A DNA stretch of 64,000 nucleotides, taken from an uncultured Chitinophagaceae bacterium. GTDB taxonomy: Bacteria; Bacteroidota; Ignavibacteria; UBA10030; UBA8401. Where the stretch lies: assembly GCA_964355925.1 (NCBI GenBank), contig CAYHFN010000011.1, forward strand, positions 9,986 to 73,985, written 5' to 3'. Shown piece after piece: positions 31,049-41,816 of this stretch. Positions within the stretch are counted from its first letter, which is position 1. Each line of letters begins with the position of its first letter. The position numbers and the translations under genes were made by a program. Under the pieces are notes generated by a model. That model was not told the DNA's origin, did no database searches, and worked only from the letters and a program-made list of their open reading frames with translations.

Positions 31049-32101
31049 ATGATGAAATCGACTCCGCTAGTTACTCCTTTTATTCTTCTTGTAAGCATAT
31101 TCCTTGTTTCTTCGTGTGGTTCAAAAACTCAAGAAGCGGCGCCACGTTCTTCTGCCTCGGCAAGTATGTTAACGGTTAGCGGAGTGGTGATTCAGCCACA
31201 AGCACTGGACAACATTGTTCGCTCTTCCGGAACAGTTCTTGCATCGGAATCCGTTGATCTGGTCGCCGAAGCGGCTGGGCGGATCGAAAAAATAGCTTTT
31301 AAAGAAGGCGCGAACGTAACAAAGAATGCACTATTGGTGAAGATCAACGACGACGATCTTCAAGCACAATTGAAGAAGACGCAACTTCAAATCCAGCTAG
31401 CATCAGAACAAGAGAAACGACAAAAACAATTGTTTGATATCAACGGCATCAGTAAAGAACAATACGACATTTCCGTCAACCAAGTTAACACTCTTAAAGC
31501 CGATCGAGAAAATCTGACTGCTTCAATTCGAAAACGGGAGATTAGGGCTCCGTTCGAAGGACGAATTGGATTACGATATGTTAGCGAGGGAAGCTACGTT
31601 TCATCGGCAACACGCATTGCGTCGATTCAAAAGATCAGTTCGTTAAAAGTTGATTTTTCCATTCCCGAAAAATATTCAGATGATGTAGCGGTTGGTGATC
31701 TGGTGGAGTTTAGCAGTAATGAAGCAAAAATTGAATTTACCGGAAAACTCTATGCTATCGAACCAAAGATTGATGCAACTACACGCACAGTTCAATTACG
31801 AGCATTGTGCAACAACAAAAATGAAAAAATTTTTCCCGGTGCATATGTTCAAATAGAATTACGACTTAAAAAAATTCCGGACGCGTTGATGGTTCCATCG
31901 CAGGCAATTATTCCCGTTCTAAAAGGTCAATCAATTCTTGTCAAACGTAACGGCGTTGTTGTTTCTCTTTCCGTTCAATCGGGAATTCGAACTGCGTCAC
32001 TAGTTCAGATTGTAAACGGAATTTCTGCCGGCGATACCGTTCTCACAACCGGTCTGATGCAAGCTCGTCCGGGAATGCCTGTTAATGTTGTTGTAAAATA
32101 G
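31049..32101 (+). CDS. Efflux RND transporter periplasmic adaptor subunit (HlyD/MFP family)
   Basis: 350 aa. Signal or lipoprotein-like N-terminus, a coiled-coil hairpin and a beta-barrel domain. It lies immediately upstream of an RND permease. Confidence 0.85.
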   Translation: MMKSTPLVTPFILLVSIFLVSSCGSKTQEAAPRSSASASMLTVSGVVIQPQALDNIVRSSGTVLASESVDLVAEAAGRIEKIAFKEGANVTKNALLVKINDDDLQAQLKKTQLQIQLASEQEKRQKQLFDINGISKEQYDISVNQVNTLKADRENLTASIRKREIRAPFEGRIGLRYVSEGSYVSSATRIASIQKISSLKVDFSIPEKYSDDVAVGDLVEFSSNEAKIEFTGKLYAIEPKIDATTRTVQLRALCNNKNEKIFPGAYVQIELRLKKIPDALMVPSQAIIPVLKGQSILVKRNGVVVSLSVQSGIRTASLVQIVNGISAGDTVLTTGLMQARPGMPVNVVVK

Positions 32102-32120
32102 AATTCTATATACAAAGAAT

Positions 32121-35100
32121 ATGAGTTTAGCCTCGATAAGTATTAAGCGTCCAGTATTAGCGATTGTTATGTCGCTGGTGATTATTCTGTTTGGGATCAT
32201 CAGTTTTCAATTCCTTGGTGTGCGTGAATATCCGGCGATTGATCCTCCCATCATTTCTGTTCGCACAAGTTACGTCGGCGCGAACGCGGATGTTATCGAA
32301 TCGCAGATCACGGAACCACTGGAAAAGGCGATCAATGGAATTGCGGGCGTGCGTAATATTTCATCGAGCAGTAGCCAGGGTACAAGCAATATCACCGTTG
32401 AATTCAATCTCGACGCAAATCTTGAAGCTGCGACAAACGATGTGCGCGATAAAGTTTCAGGAGCAACGCGGTCATTACCTCAGGATATAGATTCTCCTCC
32501 CGTTGTTACGAAAAGTGATGCAAATTCTGATGCGATCATTTCTCTTACTATTCAAAGTGACACCAAAAATATTTTGGAACTGAGCGATTTTGCTGAAAAT
32601 GTTGTTGCTCAAAACCTGCAAACCATTCCCGGCGTAAGTTCAACACAGATCTGGGGACAAAAGCGATATGCAATGCGTATCTGGATGGATCCGGCAAAGT
32701 TTGCGGCTTATGGGTTGACTCCGCTTGATGTAAAAAATGCTCTCGGTAAAGAAAATGTTGAACTTCCTTCTGGAAAAATTGCGGGCAACCAAACCGAACT
32801 TATTGTCAACACAAAAGGACGCTTAAAAACAGTTGAGGATTTCAACAATCTTATCATTAAATCCGAAGGTACAAATACTGTTCGCTTGAGCGATGTCGGT
32901 TATGCTAATCTTGGCCCCGAAAACGAAGAAACGGTATTGAAACTTTCCGGAACACCGATGGTGGGCGTTGCAATTATTCCACAACCAGGAAGCAATTATG
33001 TTGAAATTGCCGATGCATTTTATAAACGTATTGAACAGATCAAAAAAGATCTTCCAATAGATTTTAAACTTGATATCGCGCTCGACAATACTCGGTTCAT
33101 TAAACAATCAATAGCCGAAGTACAGGAAACGATCTTCATTGCGATACTGCTCGTTATTCTTATTATCTATCTTTTTTTTCGGGATTGGCTCATCGCATTC
33201 CGTCCGCTGATCGATATTCCCGTATCATTGATTGGTGCGTTTTTTATTATGTATCTGATGGGATATTCGATCAACGTATTAACATTGCTTGCAATTGTTC
33301 TTGCAACCGGTCTTGTTGTTGATGATGGTATTGTAGTGACAGAAAATATTTTCAAAAAAGTTGAAGGCGGACTTCCTCCCCTCGAAGCGGCATTTGCCGG
33401 ATCAAAAGAAATTTTCTTTGTAGTAATTTCTACATCCATTTCACTTGCCGCAGTATTTCTACCGGTAATTTTTTTACAAGGATTTGTCGGACGTTTGTTT
33501 CGTGAGTTTGGAGTTGTCATTGCAGGTGCCGTGTTGATCTCAGCGTTTGTCTCTCTCTCGCTCACACCAATGCTCAATGCACGGCTTATTAGAAAAAAGC
33601 AAAAGCACAGCAGATTTTACGATCTGTCAGAACCATACTTTGTGAAAATGAATTTGATATATGAACTATTATTAACTCGATTCATGAAACACCGGTGGAT
33701 CGCTACCGCGATCATCGCCTTTTCGGTTGCATTTATTGCGCTCATTGGAACAATTCTGCAAACAGAGCTATCGCCATTGGACGATCGGTCATTTCTTCGC
33801 ATTTCTGCAACCGCTCCCGAAGGTGCATCGTTTGAATATACCGATGCTTTTATGGAAAAAATAACAACATTCGTTAGTGATTCTATTCCGGAAAAAAAAA
33901 TATTCTTTACTATTACTGCGCCGGGATTTTCGGGATCTGGTGCTGTTAACACCGGAAGCGCACGATTGATGTTGGTCGATGGCGCAGAACGTAATCGTTC
34001 TCAACAAGAGATCGCTGACTATATTACTACAAAGACCCGCCGAATGACAGAGGCCCGTGTCTTTGTGCTGCAAGAACAAACTATTTCCGCAAGTGGCGGT
34101 GGAGCCCGTGGAGGGCTTCCTGTACAATATGTTCTTCAAAATCAAAATTTTGAAAAACTGCGTGAGTTTGTTCCAAAATTTTTAGAAGAAGTGAATAAGA
34201 GCAACGTGTTTCTGGGCTCCGACGTCAATTTGAAATTTAATAAACCGCAGATAGATCTGTCCATCGATCGTGATCGTGCGCGAAGTCTTGGTGTTTCTAT
34301 TATCGATATTGCGCAAACATTACAACTGGCATTCAGCGGACAACGGTTTTCATATTTTGAAATGAATGGGTTTCAATATCAAGTGATCGGGCAAGTGAAT
34401 CGGACGAATCGAGATGAACCGCTAGATCTTACCTCGCTCTACGTGCGCAACAACCAGGGACAATTGATTCAGCTTGATAATCTTATAACGCTAAAAGAAC
34501 AGAGTGCGCCGCCGCAGTTATATCATTTTAATCGATTCAAAGCGGCAACGGTTTCCGCGGGACTAGCACCGGGAAGAACTATTGGCGATGGTATTGCTGA
34601 AATGGACCGTATTGCGAAAAAGATATTGGATGAATCATTCACAACAGCGCTCAGCGGACCTTCACGCGATTATGCGGAAAGTTCTTCGAATATTATCTTT
34701 GCATTCATCCTTGCCTTAATCTTAATTTATCTTGTGCTTGCCGCTCAGTTTGAAAGTTTTATCGATCCATTTACGATCATGCTTACTGTCCCCCTTGCTT
34801 TAGCAGGTGCGCTTCTTTCGTTATGGGTCTTCGGCAAAACACTGAATATTTTCAGCGAGATCGGAATAATCATGTTGATCGGACTTGTTACAAAAAATGG
34901 AATTATGATCGTTGAATTTGCCAATCAACAAAAAGAAAAAGGATTGAAACTGCTTGATGCAGCACAGGTTGCAGCGGTTGCACGATTCCGTCCGATCTTG
35001 ATGACAAGTCTTGCAACAATGCTTGGCGCACTGCCAATCGCTCTTGCGCTCGGCGGTGGTGCAAAAAGCCGGGTTTCTATGGGAATTGTAGTTATTGGCG

Positions 35101-35192
35101 GGTTGTTCTTTTCACTTGCGCTGACACTGTTTGTTATTCCGGCAATGTATACGTTCTTTTCAAAAGAGAATAAAGAAGATGTTGTAAAATAA
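32121..35192 (+). CDS. Efflux RND transporter permease (AcrB/CzcA family)
   Basis: 1023 aa with the 12-transmembrane RND architecture, two large periplasmic loops and a conserved transmembrane-4 region (LAIVLATGLVVDDGIVVTENI). Confidence 0.9.
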   Translation: MSLASISIKRPVLAIVMSLVIILFGIISFQFLGVREYPAIDPPIISVRTSYVGANADVIESQITEPLEKAINGIAGVRNISSSSSQGTSNITVEFNLDANLEAATNDVRDKVSGATRSLPQDIDSPPVVTKSDANSDAIISLTIQSDTKNILELSDFAENVVAQNLQTIPGVSSTQIWGQKRYAMRIWMDPAKFAAYGLTPLDVKNALGKENVELPSGKIAGNQTELIVNTKGRLKTVEDFNNLIIKSEGTNTVRLSDVGYANLGPENEETVLKLSGTPMVGVAIIPQPGSNYVEIADAFYKRIEQIKKDLPIDFKLDIALDNTRFIKQSIAEVQETIFIAILLVILIIYLFFRDWLIAFRPLIDIPVSLIGAFFIMYLMGYSINVLTLLAIVLATGLVVDDGIVVTENIFKKVEGGLPPLEAAFAGSKEIFFVVISTSISLAAVFLPVIFLQGFVGRLFREFGVVIAGAVLISAFVSLSLTPMLNARLIRKKQKHSRFYDLSEPYFVKMNLIYELLLTRFMKHRWIATAIIAFSVAFIALIGTILQTELSPLDDRSFLRISATAPEGASFEYTDAFMEKITTFVSDSIPEKKIFFTITAPGFSGSGAVNTGSARLMLVDGAERNRSQQEIADYITTKTRRMTEARVFVLQEQTISASGGGARGGLPVQYVLQNQNFEKLREFVPKFLEEVNKSNVFLGSDVNLKFNKPQIDLSIDRDRARSLGVSIIDIAQTLQLAFSGQRFSYFEMNGFQYQVIGQVNRTNRDEPLDLTSLYVRNNQGQLIQLDNLITLKEQSAPPQLYHFNRFKAATVSAGLAPGRTIGDGIAEMDRIAKKILDESFTTALSGPSRDYAESSSNIIFAFILALILIYLVLAAQFESFIDPFTIMLTVPLALAGALLSLWVFGKTLNIFSEIGIIMLIGLVTKNGIMIVEFANQQKEKGLKLLDAAQVAAVARFRPILMTSLATMLGALPIALALGGGAKSRVSMGIVVIGGLFFSLALTLFVIPAMYTFFSKENKEDVVK

Positions 35193-35220
35193 TAAAACTT
35201 AAAATTGAACATCTAAAATA

Positions 35221-35258
35221 AAAAAAATCCTCCTTTGCACTAGAGGATTTTTTTATTT
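35221..35258. terminator. Bidirectional rho-independent terminator
   Basis: AAAAAAA-AATCCTC-loop-GAGGATT-TTTTTATTTT, between convergent RND and DEAD-box genes. Confidence 0.75.
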
Positions 35259-35281
35259 TGCAGATTTACAACCAACTCAAA

Positions 35282-36886
35282 TCAAGAAGATTTTCTCGGC
35301 GGTCTTTTAAAATTTCCCGGACGCTTTCCCCTGCTTCCGGTGCGGATGCCAGAGGGCCTTTCTTTTTTCATTTCTTTTCGCGGAAATATTTCAGTTACCG
35401 GTGTAAGTAATGTCTCATCCGGATAAATACATTCAATCTTCCGTTTCATAAATTCTTCCAGTTTCGGAATCTCATATGAATCTTCCTCATCGGCAAAACT
35501 GATGGCGATTCCGGTCGCGCCGGCCCGGCCGGTTCGGCCGATGCGATGAACAAATTCTTCCGCATCCTGCGGCATGTTGTAATTGATCACGTGTGAGATC
35601 GCATCGACATGAAGTCCACGTGATGCAACATCTGTCGCAACCAGCACACGCACTTTCCCTTCACGGAAATTCTCTAATCGCTTAATTCTTTGCCGCTGGT
35701 CAACCTCACCGGACAATAACGTACACGGGATTCCATACGTTTCAAGCTTATCTTTCAGATCGCGGCCAACATCTCGACGGTTCACAAAGATCAACACACG
35801 TTCCAAATGTTTCTGCTGCATCAGATTGTAAAGGAGCGGAAATTTTTCATCTTTTGTGGTGATGTAGGTGATCTGTTCAATAGCAGAAACGGCCATCGTA
35901 TCAGGCGTAACAGTAACTTCAATTGCCTGCCGTGTCCACGATTCCGCAAGTCGTTTCACTTCGCTGTTCATTGTTGCAGTGAAGAACATCGTTTGCCGTT
36001 CAGATTTTTGCGGCGTGCTCAAGACAATGCTTCGAACCGCGGGGATGAATCCCATGTCCAGCATTCTGTCTGCTTCATCGATCACCAAAAATTCCGCTTT
36101 TCCGAGATCGACATATTTTTGTTTTTTGAAATCGATCAATCGTCCGGGTGTAGCTACAATAACATCAACTGTTTCATGTTTCAAATTCTGCATTTGCTTG
36201 TTATAATCAATGCCGCCAACAAGAGAAAGAACAGTGCACGGAGCATATTTGCCGAGCAAACGCGCATCTTTTTCGATCTGCATCACCAACTCTCGTGTCG
36301 GTGCCAAAATCAATGCACGCGGCGTTCCTTTCTTTTGATCCTTCAAAGGATGGCGGATGATATGAGAAAAAATGGTGATAAGAAATGCGGCAGTCTTTCC
36401 TGTTCCCGTCTGTGCTTGTGCGGTAACATCTTCACCGCGCAGACAGATCGGAAGAGTTTGAGCTTGAACTTCTGTACAATACTGAAAATTCAGATCAGCG
36501 ATTGCATGCATAATGTCCTGGGGAAGATCAAAATCCTGAAATCTTGTTTTACCATCAACCACCGGAACTTTGAACGATGAAGGATCCCAAGGTTCTGATG
36601 GAATAAATTTTTTCGGTTCTTCTTTTGCTGTTTGTAGGATCTGTTGATTTCGAACCGGACCTTCTTTTTCCTGACGCTCGTGACGCAAACGATACTCTTC
36701 GCGCGTCTCTTTCTTTCGCTGGTCACGCGGATGATGAGCAGCTGATCCTTTTTCAGTTGGATATTTCTTGTGTTCGTGTTGACGCGGTTTTGGCGTTTCT
36801 TTTTGAGTGGTCGCCTTGGGAGGCAGAACCGTTTTCGGCTTTGCACCCAAAAGGGTTTTTAGTTTTGTTACAAATTTATTAAACAA
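35282..36886 (-). CDS. DEAD-box ATP-dependent RNA helicase with basic N- and C-terminal extensions
   Basis: 534 aa. Q-motif F..F.L, motif I AQTGTGKTAAF, motif Ia PTRELV, motif II DEAD, motif III SAT-like (FTATM), motif VI HRIGRTGRAG. The N-terminal extension of about 110 aa is lysine/arginine-rich. Confidence 0.9.
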   Translation of the reverse strand: MFNKFVTKLKTLLGAKPKTVLPPKATTQKETPKPRQHEHKKYPTEKGSAAHHPRDQRKKETREEYRLRHERQEKEGPVRNQQILQTAKEEPKKFIPSEPWDPSSFKVPVVDGKTRFQDFDLPQDIMHAIADLNFQYCTEVQAQTLPICLRGEDVTAQAQTGTGKTAAFLITIFSHIIRHPLKDQKKGTPRALILAPTRELVMQIEKDARLLGKYAPCTVLSLVGGIDYNKQMQNLKHETVDVIVATPGRLIDFKKQKYVDLGKAEFLVIDEADRMLDMGFIPAVRSIVLSTPQKSERQTMFFTATMNSEVKRLAESWTRQAIEVTVTPDTMAVSAIEQITYITTKDEKFPLLYNLMQQKHLERVLIFVNRRDVGRDLKDKLETYGIPCTLLSGEVDQRQRIKRLENFREGKVRVLVATDVASRGLHVDAISHVINYNMPQDAEEFVHRIGRTGRAGATGIAISFADEEDSYEIPKLEEFMKRKIECIYPDETLLTPVTEIFPRKEMKKERPSGIRTGSRGKRPGNFKRPPRKSS

Positions 36887-36936
36887 TTTATTTTCCTATT
36901 GATTGTAAACGAACAGTGATGCGGTAATTGCTGTTC

Positions 36937-37428
36937 TCAAAAATTATATAAAAGGAATATTCCGCCGGCAAAGGAAATAGATTTGCTGGTAAAAAAGAAT
37001 GTAGGATAATATACTACGGCACCGGTTGTGATATTCTGAAAAATACCGCTTCCGGTCAAAGGAACCTCTAATCCGGTACCCAAAGCAATTCGTAAATTTG
37101 GTTTCTCGTATGTTACTCCTCTTGTTCCTGCGGATGGTCCAATAAAGACTCGAAAATTTTGGTTTTTAGTCAATTCTTTTTGATAATCAATTCCAAATGA
37201 AAAATATGTTTTATCATTATCACTCAGTAAACCGCCGCTGAATAAAGCTCGATAACTATTTTTCTCATTTATACCGTATGCGATTCCTATTCCAGAGACA
37301 AAACTTACCTGAAAGCCAACAGAATGATATCTCAACGGTGTCTCTGCCGAAGCGGTTGAGTCTTGAGAAAATGTTCTTTCAGAAAAGATGGTCAGAGACA
37401 AGAGAGAGAGCAGGAAATACTTTTTCAT
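36937..37428 (-). CDS. Small outer-membrane beta-barrel protein
   Basis: Signal peptide MKKYFLLSLLSLTIF. Alternating amphipathic beta-strands. The C-terminal ...LLYNF ends in Phe. The track ORF starts 10 codons upstream. Confidence 0.55.
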   Translation of the reverse strand: MKKYFLLSLLSLTIFSERTFSQDSTASAETPLRYHSVGFQVSFVSGIGIAYGINEKNSYRALFSGGLLSDNDKTYFSFGIDYQKELTKNQNFRVFIGPSAGTRGVTYEKPNLRIALGTGLEVPLTGSGIFQNITTGAVVYYPTFFFTSKSISFAGGIFLLYNF

Positions 37429-37521
37429 AGACAATATTTTTATTTGATTCTGTATCAATATACAAAATTGATTGTTTGCTTCATACTTTTAATGGTTGCG
37501 GTCGAAGATATATCAGTGAAA

Positions 37522-38910
37522 TCAATGTTTTTTCGCGTTAAAAATATAAAACAATAATCCCGGAATCATAAATCCGAAACAACCGGAGAGCAATTTAATT
37601 TCATACGAAGCAACATTCTCAATTCCTCCGGATGAAATAAAGGCAAATATAATTCCGAAGAATGTCATCACCGCACCGATGATTCCTGCACCCGTAGTAA
37701 GAAATTTACTTTTAAAATATCCTTCAACAATGGAATATGTTTTTCTTACCTTTGTCAAACCGATGAACATATAAAGATATGGAATCAATTGAAGCACAAC
37801 GGTAGTTTGAAGTAAGATCAAATACATATCGTGAACAGAGGAACCAATTGCAGCAAAAATAATAACTATGCTCGAAGCAATTCCCTGTATGATCAACGCA
37901 ATATGCGGTGTATTATGCTTGGGATGAATAGTTCCGAGTGATTTTGGAAGGTAATGATCGATACCAATAACAAACGGAATGCGAGCGGCACCGGAAAGCC
38001 AGGCAGAAGTATTTCCCGCCGCATTCATACTCATCAATATAGCCATTGGAATCACAATCCAAGCCAAACCAATTTCACCGGCAGCTTTCTCAATTCCTTG
38101 AAGAATACCTTCAATGATTCCAATCTCTGAAGTAGGAATTGCGACAAGAAGAGAAGCGGTTACTACAAGGAACAACACCACGGTGGAAATACCGGTGATC
38201 ATCACTGCGCGGGGAATATTCTTCAACGGATCCTTAACTTCATCTCCAATCACCGCCCCGAGTTCGAGGCCAACATAGTTCAAACAAACAACGCTAAGCA
38301 AAGCAAACGCACCAATATCGGATGTCGAAGGAATAACGGTAGAAAAAGAAAATGTGTTGGATGCTCCGCGATTAATGAAAGCAATGATTGCAATGACGAG
38401 GATTGTTGCCGCCGTTACAAATGTTCCCGAGGCTCCTATGTTCTGAACCCATTTTCCGATTGTGAATCCGCGAATGTTGAGCCAGGTGAGAAACCACAAT
38501 AAAGACATCGAGATTAACGTCATTGGAAGCGGATCTTTTGACAGCCAGGAAGTTGTTGGTCCGCCGATATATGTCAGGAATCCAATGATATAGAACAGAA
38601 GTGTTGGAATATAAAAAATATTATTAACCCAGTAAGACCATCCCGAAAGAAAACCATGAAAATTACCGAACGCCGCTTTATTCCAATTATAAATTCCCCC
38701 TTCGAAAGGAGATCGATGGGAAAGTTCCAGCACAGCAATTGCCTGTGGAATAAAGAAGAGAAAGAATCCGGTAAGCCATAATGTGATTGCGTGTGGACCG
38801 GCGCCAGCAACAACCGGAACGCTGTTAAGATTTACCAATGCAGCAATAAGAAAAAATGAAAGATCTCGAAGACCAAGTACACGAACAAGATGTGGTGAAT
38901 TGCTATTCAA
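37522..38910 (-). CDS. APC-superfamily amino-acid permease
   Basis: 462 aa with 12 predicted transmembrane helices and an amino-acid permease fold pattern. Confidence 0.75.
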   Translation of the reverse strand: MNSNSPHLVRVLGLRDLSFFLIAALVNLNSVPVVAGAGPHAITLWLTGFFLFFIPQAIAVLELSHRSPFEGGIYNWNKAAFGNFHGFLSGWSYWVNNIFYIPTLLFYIIGFLTYIGGPTTSWLSKDPLPMTLISMSLLWFLTWLNIRGFTIGKWVQNIGASGTFVTAATILVIAIIAFINRGASNTFSFSTVIPSTSDIGAFALLSVVCLNYVGLELGAVIGDEVKDPLKNIPRAVMITGISTVVLFLVVTASLLVAIPTSEIGIIEGILQGIEKAAGEIGLAWIVIPMAILMSMNAAGNTSAWLSGAARIPFVIGIDHYLPKSLGTIHPKHNTPHIALIIQGIASSIVIIFAAIGSSVHDMYLILLQTTVVLQLIPYLYMFIGLTKVRKTYSIVEGYFKSKFLTTGAGIIGAVMTFFGIIFAFISSGGIENVASYEIKLLSGCFGFMIPGLLFYIFNAKKH

Positions 38911-38997
38911 TATGGTTGATGTTCCTTAAATAAGGTGTGACAATGTAATAATTATTCTTAAGCGAAATAGTAAAAATGATTGGATCTCTTGAAAATT

Positions 38998-39450
38998 TTA
39001 TTTTTGTTCATCCCATTTTAGAATGGTGCGATGTGAAATAAGCATCCATTGGTTATTTCTTAACGCGTAAAGACGAACATAACGGATTCCGTACGGAGGT
39101 TTTGGTTTATTTCCGCCGTTATAAACAATCACTCGTCCTGTAACAAGTGCAGCATTGTCATGAACCTCCACTTTCGTTGAATCGGTTGTACGAGATGCAT
39201 AATTGGATTTAGGAACACGAGCAATATACGATTTCTTATTGTCAACATTTCCGCCGCCATGAAAGAAGAGAAGATCATTTCCAAACAATGTATCCAACGC
39301 GGCAATATTCTTATCCAAGAACGCTTTTTCAACAGCATCATTTATCTGAATAATCTGTTGAACCGTTGTTCCGGTTGTGTCTTGCGCCTGCATTGTTGAT
39401 GACAGAACAAAAACCAGCACAGCAAAAAAATACTTTTCATAATAGCACAA
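38998..39450 (-). CDS. Secreted NTF2-like (SnoaL/DUF4440-type) domain protein
   Basis: 150 aa. Signal peptide followed by an alpha+beta cone-fold pattern. Confidence 0.45.
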   Translation of the reverse strand: MCYYEKYFFAVLVFVLSSTMQAQDTTGTTVQQIIQINDAVEKAFLDKNIAALDTLFGNDLLFFHGGGNVDNKKSYIARVPKSNYASRTTDSTKVEVHDNAALVTGRVIVYNGGNKPKPPYGIRYVRLYALRNNQWMLISHRTILKWDEQK

Positions 39451-39501
39451 GTCAATTGTTTAGAAACAGTATTATATGGATGAATAATATGGACAGCACA
39501 T

Positions 39502-40200
39502 TTATTTCAATTCCCATACAATCGTTACTTCATCGGTCAACGTCATTTCTTTTACGTCGAAACCAAGCGATTCATTGCCGACAGCAGCACGGCCCAACAT
39601 TGCAGACTTATACATCGGAACGGTATTCTGCGTACCATACGCAATATGTTGAATTACACCAAGAGTTTGTTTTGCTGTTGCCGCAATAAGTTCCGCACGT
39701 GATTTCGCGTTTTCAATTGCAAGTGTCAAGACAACATCATTCACTTGTTTTTCTTTTTCCGCCGAAAGGATGAAATTAAAAGAGAACCGAACATCATTAT
39801 CACTGCTCATAAATGAAGTAAGGATTGCACCGATCTTCTCTTTGCTATTTGGAAATTCAATCGTAATATTCTGCCGTGCAACATATCCTTTGTCAATATT
39901 CTTGTTGTTCTCCCACACCATATTTTTTGACACACTGAAATCTGTTGTCTTAATGGATTCTTTTTTGAATCCAATGGTCTGTAATTGGGCGATCAATAGT
40001 TCTGTCTTTGCATTGAGACCTCTCACCGCATCGGCAAATTTGGGATTGACAATCGTTGCTTCAATGGTCAGCACACCGATGTCCGGCATCGCCTTGTTTG
40101 TTCCGACACCCCTTACTTCAAGCGTGCGAGTGTTTTGTTGTGCGTTTACCGAAAGAATAAATAAAGAAAAAATGCAAAACACTTTTAAAAACTGTTTCAT
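39502..40200 (-). CDS. SIMPL/DUF541 domain periplasmic protein
   Basis: Signal peptide MKQFLKVFCIFSLFILSVNAQQ (ATG at 40200; the track ORF starts at 40293). The two-lobed DUF541 pattern includes a KESIKTTDFSVS segment. Confidence 0.6.
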   Translation of the reverse strand: MKQFLKVFCIFSLFILSVNAQQNTRTLEVRGVGTNKAMPDIGVLTIEATIVNPKFADAVRGLNAKTELLIAQLQTIGFKKESIKTTDFSVSKNMVWENNKNIDKGYVARQNITIEFPNSKEKIGAILTSFMSSDNDVRFSFNFILSAEKEKQVNDVVLTLAIENAKSRAELIAATAKQTLGVIQHIAYGTQNTVPMYKSAMLGRAAVGNESLGFDVKEMTLTDEVTIVWELK

Positions 40201-40257
40201 AAAATCCTCAACGGTAAGTAATTGTATAAAATAGTTTACAAATATTTTACACAAATA

Positions 40258-40287
40258 AAAAAGGTCAGAAGACCCGACCTTTTGGTG
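40258..40287 (-). terminator. Rho-independent terminator ending the CDGSH/ABC operon
   Basis: On the minus strand: AAGGTCGGGTC..GACCTT stem followed by TTTTTATTTG. Confidence 0.65.
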
Positions 40288-40307
40288 AAACAATGGTAAT
40301 ATGTCTA

Positions 40308-40541
40308 TTATGATTTTGGAACTATTTGCGGCATTTCGTACGCTTCGCAGACAGATTGGAATCCGCTTGTTTTATGAGTTGCATCGCAGAACGGTTTTGT
40401 TTTGCTCAGTCCGCATCGACACAACGATATCTTCGTCCGCCCATTCAGCCCATATCTCTTTCCGTTTGAATCCAACAATTCTATATCTTCACCCTCTATG
40501 CGAAAGCTCCCATTATTATTCACAATAATTTTTGTTGCCAT
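40308..40541 (-). CDS. CDGSH-type iron-sulfur domain protein (variant CDATH motif)
   Basis: 77 aa. CRCGLSKTKPFCDATH fits the C-x-C-x2-S-x3-P-x-C-D-(G/A)-(S/T)-H pattern. Confidence 0.7.
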   Translation of the reverse strand: MATKIIVNNNGSFRIEGEDIELLDSNGKRYGLNGRTKISLCRCGLSKTKPFCDATHKTSGFQSVCEAYEMPQIVPKS

Positions 40542-40617
40542 AGTATGATTCCCCTGTTCTAAAAAAGTGCAAAGGTTATTTCAATTGAACAGAAATCTTC
40601 GCAAGGTTTTTCATTTC

Positions 40618-41793
40618 TTATGATGCTCGTAATGCATTGATGATGTTCATGCGTGATGCACGAACCGCCGGCAAAAATCCTCCGATCAGTCCCATTAGAA
40701 GAGCAAACGATAATGTGTAGATGACGATTTGCGGCGATAATGAAAAAGAAAATTCAAGTTCCGAGAATGAACCGAAATTAAGAGTAGAAATCCTAAAGAA
40801 TTGTAAAAATGAAGATAACGACAGACCAATCAAGCCGCCAATGATTGAAATAAACAACGATTCCAACAGGAACGCACCGAGAATACTTCTTCTTCGAAAT
40901 CCAAGTGCGCGAAACGTTCCGATCTCTGTCGTTCTATTTGCCACAGCTGAATACATCGTGATCATTGCACCTATTGTTGATCCTAAACTGAAAATGATCG
41001 TAATAAAAATTCCTAAGATGCGAATGAATGCCGCCATCGCTTCGGATTGTTCTTCAAAATATTTTCGCTCGATCTTTGGCTCGAACTGCTGCAGCCGAAG
41101 ATCGCTCTCAAAGATAGTTTTCAATTCCTTGAAATTTTCTTTTTGATTCAACCGAAACGTGAACGTTGAATATCCACCCCGTCTGTTGAACGCGTCTTGC
41201 AATTGTTCGGAATCACCCCACATTTCAGAATCAAAACCGCTCCCTTCAGTGTCAAACAATCCGACGATTGTCCAATCATCTCCGGCAAACCGCACTTTCT
41301 CTCCGATTTGTGCACCTTCAAATCGTTTTGCAATTGATGCTCCCACGATCAGTTCCCGTTTGCCAAAAAGAAACATTCTTCCTTCCGTTAACTTTACACG
41401 AGGCCGCAGAGTAAACACTTGGTCGGACACCCCTCGAACGGTTACATTGCTCACTCCACCGTCAGTTCCCCTCTTTACAAGATTGATAACAACAACTGTT
41501 TCCCCGGATGAAATAGGTTTATTCTCATCATTTTTTGCGAGCTGCGGAAGCGTATTCAAAATATCAACAACATCTTGAGTGATAATACTTGAGATTTCTC
41601 CATTTGCAGATTTTCGTGCAACAAGAACGTTATCATCAGATCCGGTCTGTATCAATGTCTTCTGAACTCCGTACGCCATCATCAGCACTGCAGAAAAGAC
41701 AAAGACTACGAGAGCAATACCGAAGACGGTGATTCCTGTTGTGAGCTTTCTATTTTTGAAATTTCTGAATATATATTTGAACGGAATCTTCAT
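40618..41793 (-). CDS. ABC transporter permease (FtsX-like, MacB/LolE type)
   Basis: 391 aa. N-terminal transmembrane helix, large periplasmic domain, C-terminal 3-transmembrane FtsX domain. Confidence 0.8.
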   Translation of the reverse strand: MKIPFKYIFRNFKNRKLTTGITVFGIALVVFVFSAVLMMAYGVQKTLIQTGSDDNVLVARKSANGEISSIITQDVVDILNTLPQLAKNDENKPISSGETVVVINLVKRGTDGGVSNVTVRGVSDQVFTLRPRVKLTEGRMFLFGKRELIVGASIAKRFEGAQIGEKVRFAGDDWTIVGLFDTEGSGFDSEMWGDSEQLQDAFNRRGGYSTFTFRLNQKENFKELKTIFESDLRLQQFEPKIERKYFEEQSEAMAAFIRILGIFITIIFSLGSTIGAMITMYSAVANRTTEIGTFRALGFRRRSILGAFLLESLFISIIGGLIGLSLSSFLQFFRISTLNFGSFSELEFSFSLSPQIVIYTLSFALLMGLIGGFLPAVRASRMNIINALRAS

Positions 41794-41816
41794 GATTCAT
41801 ATCCTTAAACTATTTA

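Noticed and set aside
35807-36580. 257-aa plus-strand ORF inside the DEAD-box helicase gene
   Set aside because: It is antisense to a gene with all DEAD-box motifs intact and has Cys/Arg/Phe-rich junk composition.
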